A DNA stretch of 53,420 bases. Origin: an uncultured Desulfohalobiaceae bacterium. Its GTDB lineage: Bacteria > Desulfobacterota > Desulfovibrionia > Desulfovibrionales > Desulfothermaceae. Position numbers and translations under genes: made by a program. The notes under the pieces are model-generated. The model had not been told where the DNA came from and ran no database searches. It was given only the letters and a program-made list of their open reading frames with translations. The DNA lies in NCBI GenBank assembly GCA_913055815.1, contig CAJXKR010000001.1, forward strand, positions 1 to 53,420, given 5' to 3'. The stretch's first letter is position 1. Each line of letters opens with the position of its first letter. Below, one piece after another: positions 42,401 through 48,400 of this stretch.

Positions 42401-45400
42401 AGCGCAACGACATTAGGCTGCTAACCCATGATAAAAACAAGGAAGACCAGGACTCCTCCAAGTTGACCCTGGGAACCATCCAGGCTGGCGGCCAGGGGGA
42501 TATTGACCTGAAAATTCGCGGCTCAATCCAGCAAAGTAGCAGCGGCACACTCTCTGCCGACGAACTCAAGGTGGATACTTATGGCAAGCTGGATTTGGCA
42601 ACAGATGTGCACACCCTGGGCTTGATCACCCACGGGAAGGGTGATGTTACGCTGAGCCAGAAGGGAGCTGATCTTGCTCACAAGGATCTGGAGTTGGAAA
42701 ATGTTCAGGTACAAAACGGTGGCTTGACCCTGAACACTGCTGCCCGGGTGGAGCTTGAAGATGTCTCCCTGTCTACCAATAATAATGACAACGACATCGA
42801 GGTGATGGCAGCCGGGGATATCTTGGTACACAAATTGACTGCGGGCAGTTACAAGAAAGGGAGCTCTTCTGATAAAAACAGAACTTCCCACGGAGATATC
42901 CATCTCCATTCCAAGCAGGGCAAAATCGCAGAGGAATTTATCGATCCCGCGGTGGACCTGGTGGCGGATTCCCTGGAACTTGAAGCCCAAAACCGGATAA
43001 CCGGACTGGAACTGGCTGTAAATAAACTGGCCAAGGCAAAGACCCAGACCGGCGATATACGACTCAAGGACAAAGACGGAGCGGGCGAGGTGAGAAAGGG
43101 GCTTAGGGTGCTTTCGGCACATGCCCCTAGCGGGGATGTTTCCATTGAATCCGATAACTTCCTGGAAATCGGGGCTGAGGATTGGAGTGGAAAAAATTCT
43201 AAAGAGCAGTATGGTTCTCAAAAGAAATACTATGCATATAAGGACAAGGCTTACAGCCCCAGTTCTGAATACGACTCCACTGCCGTGCAGGGAGATACCA
43301 TCAGTCTGAGCAGTGCTAGCGGGAATATAAACGTGATCAAGCCTTCGGGCGGTGATAGGGCACTGCAATACCAATCCGGTCTGTCCCTGAAAGCAGGCGG
43401 CATACTCGATATGGACACTTTCTACAATAAGGCGTCCGAACTACTGGAGTACAAGGCAGAACACCTTGACTTCAAGATAGACAAGGACATCTCTGCAGAC
43501 AGGGTGATATTGAATACAGACTCTGTATTGAAATTGCACAGCACCCTTACTGCCAAGGAACTTCTGGATATTTCCGGATCAAAGGTGATAGTCAGCGGAC
43601 ATGTCAAGGCAGCAGATGACGCCCCTGACAATAAAATACAAAAGGTGGACATAACAGCCCAGGGAGACAAGAATTCTCCTAGCCTTAAGGGATATTATCA
43701 GCTGCAAAATATCAGTGGCAAGACCCTGAAAGATTCCAGTCCGGATTCCATACCTGGAAAGCTCAAAGGGACCAAGGGGGCTTCTGTCAATTTTAAGGGA
43801 CAGGACGGCTATGTGGATCTTGGGGCTTCGGACAAGTTAAAACCCACTGATGCCCTGACTATTGAGACCAAGGTAAACCCGGAGGACTGGAGTCTAAGTA
43901 AGGGCACTCAGACAATCCTTTCCAATACTCAAAATGGTGGCTATGATCTGCAGCTTCACGACAACCGGATTGAATTCCGGGTAAAAGTGGGGGATAAGTA
44001 CCAGGTCGCCAAGACTTCAAAGGATTTTACCCAAGGACTGAACGGCTGGCACCAAATCGCTGCCAGCTTTAACCAACGCTCCTTGAAGCTGTATGTAGAC
44101 GGGGGAGTTAAGGATACTGTAGCCTTGCAAGGCTCTGCAAACAAAATCTCCTATACCCACAAGGGCAATAGTACGCTTATAGGGGCTGAGGCAGGTCCTG
44201 GAGCAGATGCGGATGGGCACTTCTTCAACGGTAGAATCAGCGACGTCCGTATCTGGGATAAGGCCCGGGCCCCGAATAACCTTAAGCTATACGAAAAAGA
44301 AGTAAATATTGATCTAGACAATAATGGTGACACACAAGGCGTAGTCCGGACAAACTACTTTAATAAAGCCAAAGGGGATGTCATTCTTGATATTGACGGA
44401 TTGCAGGCAAGTGATTTTGAATTGCGTGCAGAGCAGGATATTAAGTTGAATTTGCAACAGGATCTGGCCTTGCAGGGTTTTATTGGGGGATTGTCCGGGT
44501 TTGAACCGGCAAGGAACCTAGGTATAAACACCAATGGCGATTTGACTGTACCTGGAGGCATTGTTGAGGCAGAAGACCAAATCCTCTTGGATGCAAATAA
44601 AATTGACACCCATGCCGGAGCGGTATTTATATCCGAGGATCTGGATGTTGAGGCCCGGGGTGATCTGGATCTGCATACCCTGGTCAATGATTTGTGGGCC
44701 AACTCGACTTCTGGTGGGAAGATTACCATCCATGAGGGTACAGACATAAGGTTGCGGAACATCGTTAATCAAAAAGGGGGTATACAGGCCCATGTTGGCG
44801 AAAAAATGCAGGTAAAAGCAAATGATAGCGTGTCTGCGAAAAATGGGGACATTGACTTGTACGCTGTTAAACAGGGGGATGTGAACAAGGATGTTATAGA
44901 TGCTCATAATGGCCAGGTGACTATAAGTAAGGAGGCCAAACACACCTTGCCAGCAAACAATCAAGTGGACCATGATTATGTCCTGACTGCACCGGATTAC
45001 AGCGGGGATTTAACCCTGAAGGCCACTGCTGGTGATTCAGATCCTTCCTTGTCTGTAGTACGTTTGCCCTCATTACAAAGTTCAAAAATAGATCTGGAGG
45101 CCGACGATAATTTGAATGTGCTGCCCAAGCTGGATGTGGGGCGTGGTCCGACTGGAGGCACTATCAATCTCAAGTCTGGCGGCGGTATCTCCCTGGGCCA
45201 GGTCGTTCGCGCCAATGCCTTGCATGTTACGGACAATGGCAAGGGTGAAAATGTACATTTAAAGACCAAAGTAGACAAGTTGACAGCCTCTATGGGCAAG
45301 AACAGCGATCTTTCAATACACGACCCGAGTTCAGGAATCGGCATTAAATACAAGAAGTACGAGCAGGACTTGTCAAAGCTATACAAAAAGTCCATCGATT

Positions 45401-48400
45401 TCAGTAAGATAAGTTTGACCAGGGGTGATAGATATACACTTGAACTGGGAGATGATAAATTCACGAACAAGTTTAGTAACGAAGCATTCATCAGGGAAAT
45501 AGCCGGAAGCTTGAGCCATAGCGATACCGTAGATGATACTTATGTCCAGGGAAAGGTATTGTCTCTATTTGCCAAGTCTAAGCAGGATGTTGAATTTGGT
45601 CCCCATATGTATGAAAAGACTCTGGATTTCGACAAGATCACTCTAACTGCAGGCCGTGAATATGCTCTGAAATTAGGAAACCATGATTATAAGCACAAAT
45701 ACAATTCCAATCAAAGCAAGTCTGAGTTTCTCAGCAAGCTAGCGGAGCAGGTAAGCGACAGTAAAATTGTTAACAAGGCCAAGGTGAAAACAAACAATAA
45801 GTTATACTTTTCTGCTTATTCCGATCATAGTATCAGTCTTGCCGAGATTCCCAAAGAGGTGGGCAGTGCGAAATACCATCTCAGTAAAGATTTTGGCGAC
45901 CAGAAAATGACAAAAGGTAAGGAATACGCTTTTTGGATCGACAATAGCAAGTTTACAGAAAAGGTTCCAGATCTATCTTTTTTGAGCCAACAAGAAGCTA
46001 AAGCAAAATTTTTAAAAGGGCTAAAGAAAGATATAAATGACAAAAACGTAATTGGTAATAAATTCGACATAGAATTATCAGGTCAAGATAATAATAACTT
46101 CCACATAAGCACTGATGCTTCTTCTTTCAAGGTCAAATTCGGGTTGAATAATACTACTCTTAACCCTGAAAAATGGCAATCAGAATGTACAAAAACTATT
46201 GATTTCAAGGATATCTCCTTGGTTCAAGGCAAAAAATATATCTTCAATCTTAAAGATAATAAATTTACTGAGAAGTTTGGTTCCGAAGAAAGCAAGTCTG
46301 AATTTGTCACCAAGTTGTCTAATAGTTTAAAAAATAGCGATAAAGTTGACATCAAGAAAATCAATACTTCAGGAAGTAAATTGGAATTAACTACTGATAA
46401 TAATTATAGTAGCAAATTGAGCGAAGCATCAATGGATTTGGGTACCACCTCCAAGACCAGCTTGTCTAAATTAGGGAAAGTGGATACCCCAATGTACAAG
46501 GGAAAAGTAGATCTTGGTAAATCTACTCCTGTGGCTGATCATGAATACAAAATTGACATGCCAGGTGACAAGAATAGCCCGTACAAGTACCAGGCCAGCA
46601 GGGGAGAAGACCTGGCGACTATAGCAAAGAAACTGACCAATAAGATGCGATCTGAAAGCGGCAATAAATATCAGGCTACCTGGTTGGGTAAGAGCTTGAA
46701 GATTTACGCGAAAAGTTCGAAAATCAATTATACTGTGCCTGATAAGGTTGAATTGTCGGATGATGTCCATGTCAAGTCCTTGGAGATGAACGGTGGCGAC
46801 CTGACTATCACAGCCAAAGGGGATGTGGATATAGGATCTGTCAAAGGGGATGTTGGTGATATTAATATTATTTCCAATCAAGGGGATATCAATATCAACA
46901 GCCTGCCCAACAGTCAGGCGGTGACATTGAAAGCGCCTGAAGGCAAAATAACTGGGTCAATCGAGGCAGACACCCTGAATCTCACTGCCAATGGAAAAGT
47001 GGATATAACCGAGGCAGACGGCATGACCCTGAGCCACTTGGAGCAAAAACACACCAGTTCTCCAGTGAAAATCAAGGTTGATAAAGGGACCTTGAAGGTG
47101 GGAAGCGACGTCTCTGCAGGGCCCAAACTGGCCTTGATGGCTAATGACTTGGATATCGCCGGCCAATTACGCCGGGCGGGCAGCACTTTCCACGTGCAAC
47201 CGCCTGATTCCAAGGGCAAGATTGTCCTGGGAGAGAACAGTTCTGCTGGCAACAATGCCTTTCACCTGAACAAGAAAGAACTCTCCGGTTTGCATACAGG
47301 TGCCGACCATTTGGTAGTGGGTAGCGATCAGGGCAGTCACGAGATCCATATCGGGGATTCTGATGATGGTTCCAGCAAGACCAATTTCAACCACGGCTTG
47401 ACCTTGAAAAACCCCAAACAGGGCGGGGAAATCTATATCCACGGGACCGTGACCGGCGGCTCCGGTTCCTCTCTTGCCGTGCACGGTTCAGGAAGTACTA
47501 CGAACTTGGACAATAGCGAGATCGAAATATCCGGAAATCAAGAATACAATGATTCCCTGCAGGTAAGCGGGGAGTCTTCTATCCACTCCCATGGTTCCAT
47601 CCAATTGGGAGGTAAGGCAGAGCACAACCTGAACGGGGATTCCCAAAAGGGAGAAGATAAGCTGAGCCTCAGGGCGGGCCAGGACGAGGACATTGTCATT
47701 AATACCCGGGTCGGGGACCAGGATCCCTTGGAAGACCTGACCATCCACCAAGCCAGGGATATAATTTTTAAAAGCGGGGTAAGCCTTGACGGTGGCCTGC
47801 ATATAGAGCAGGCCCGGAACGTGACTTTCCGGGACGGGGTTACTGCACATGGCGATGTACACATACAGGCAAGCGGCGAGGTGTTGTTTGAGGATGAAAT
47901 GAAGATCAAAAACAATGCTCGCCTGCATGTGGAGGGGGCTGAAAAGATTAGGCTGGGAGATGACGTCCATGCTCAGGGCAATGTTAATCTGCTGGCGGAC
48001 CAGGAGAGCGGCCAGGTTGTTGTAAAAGGCGATTTGACAGGTGAGGGTGAGATAGAAGTGCAAGGTGCCGGAAACACCACGCACTTGGTAAACAATAACC
48101 TCAGCTTGAGCGGCAACCAAAAATACCACGATGCTTTGCAGGTTACCGGAGATGTGATTATCACTGCGGATGATCACCTGGAACTCGGAAAAGATCCGCA
48201 ACATTCCATAAACGGGGATAGTAAGACCGGAGCGGACACCCTGATTATCAATAACCACCATGGCGAACACCTGGTTGTTAACAGCGCAATAGGCAAAACC
48301 GATCCCCTGGAGGGGATGACGGTTCAAGAGTCCCAGGATATTGATTTTAACAATATCTTGAACATAGACGGGGACCTCAGGATCGAACAGGCAGAGGACG

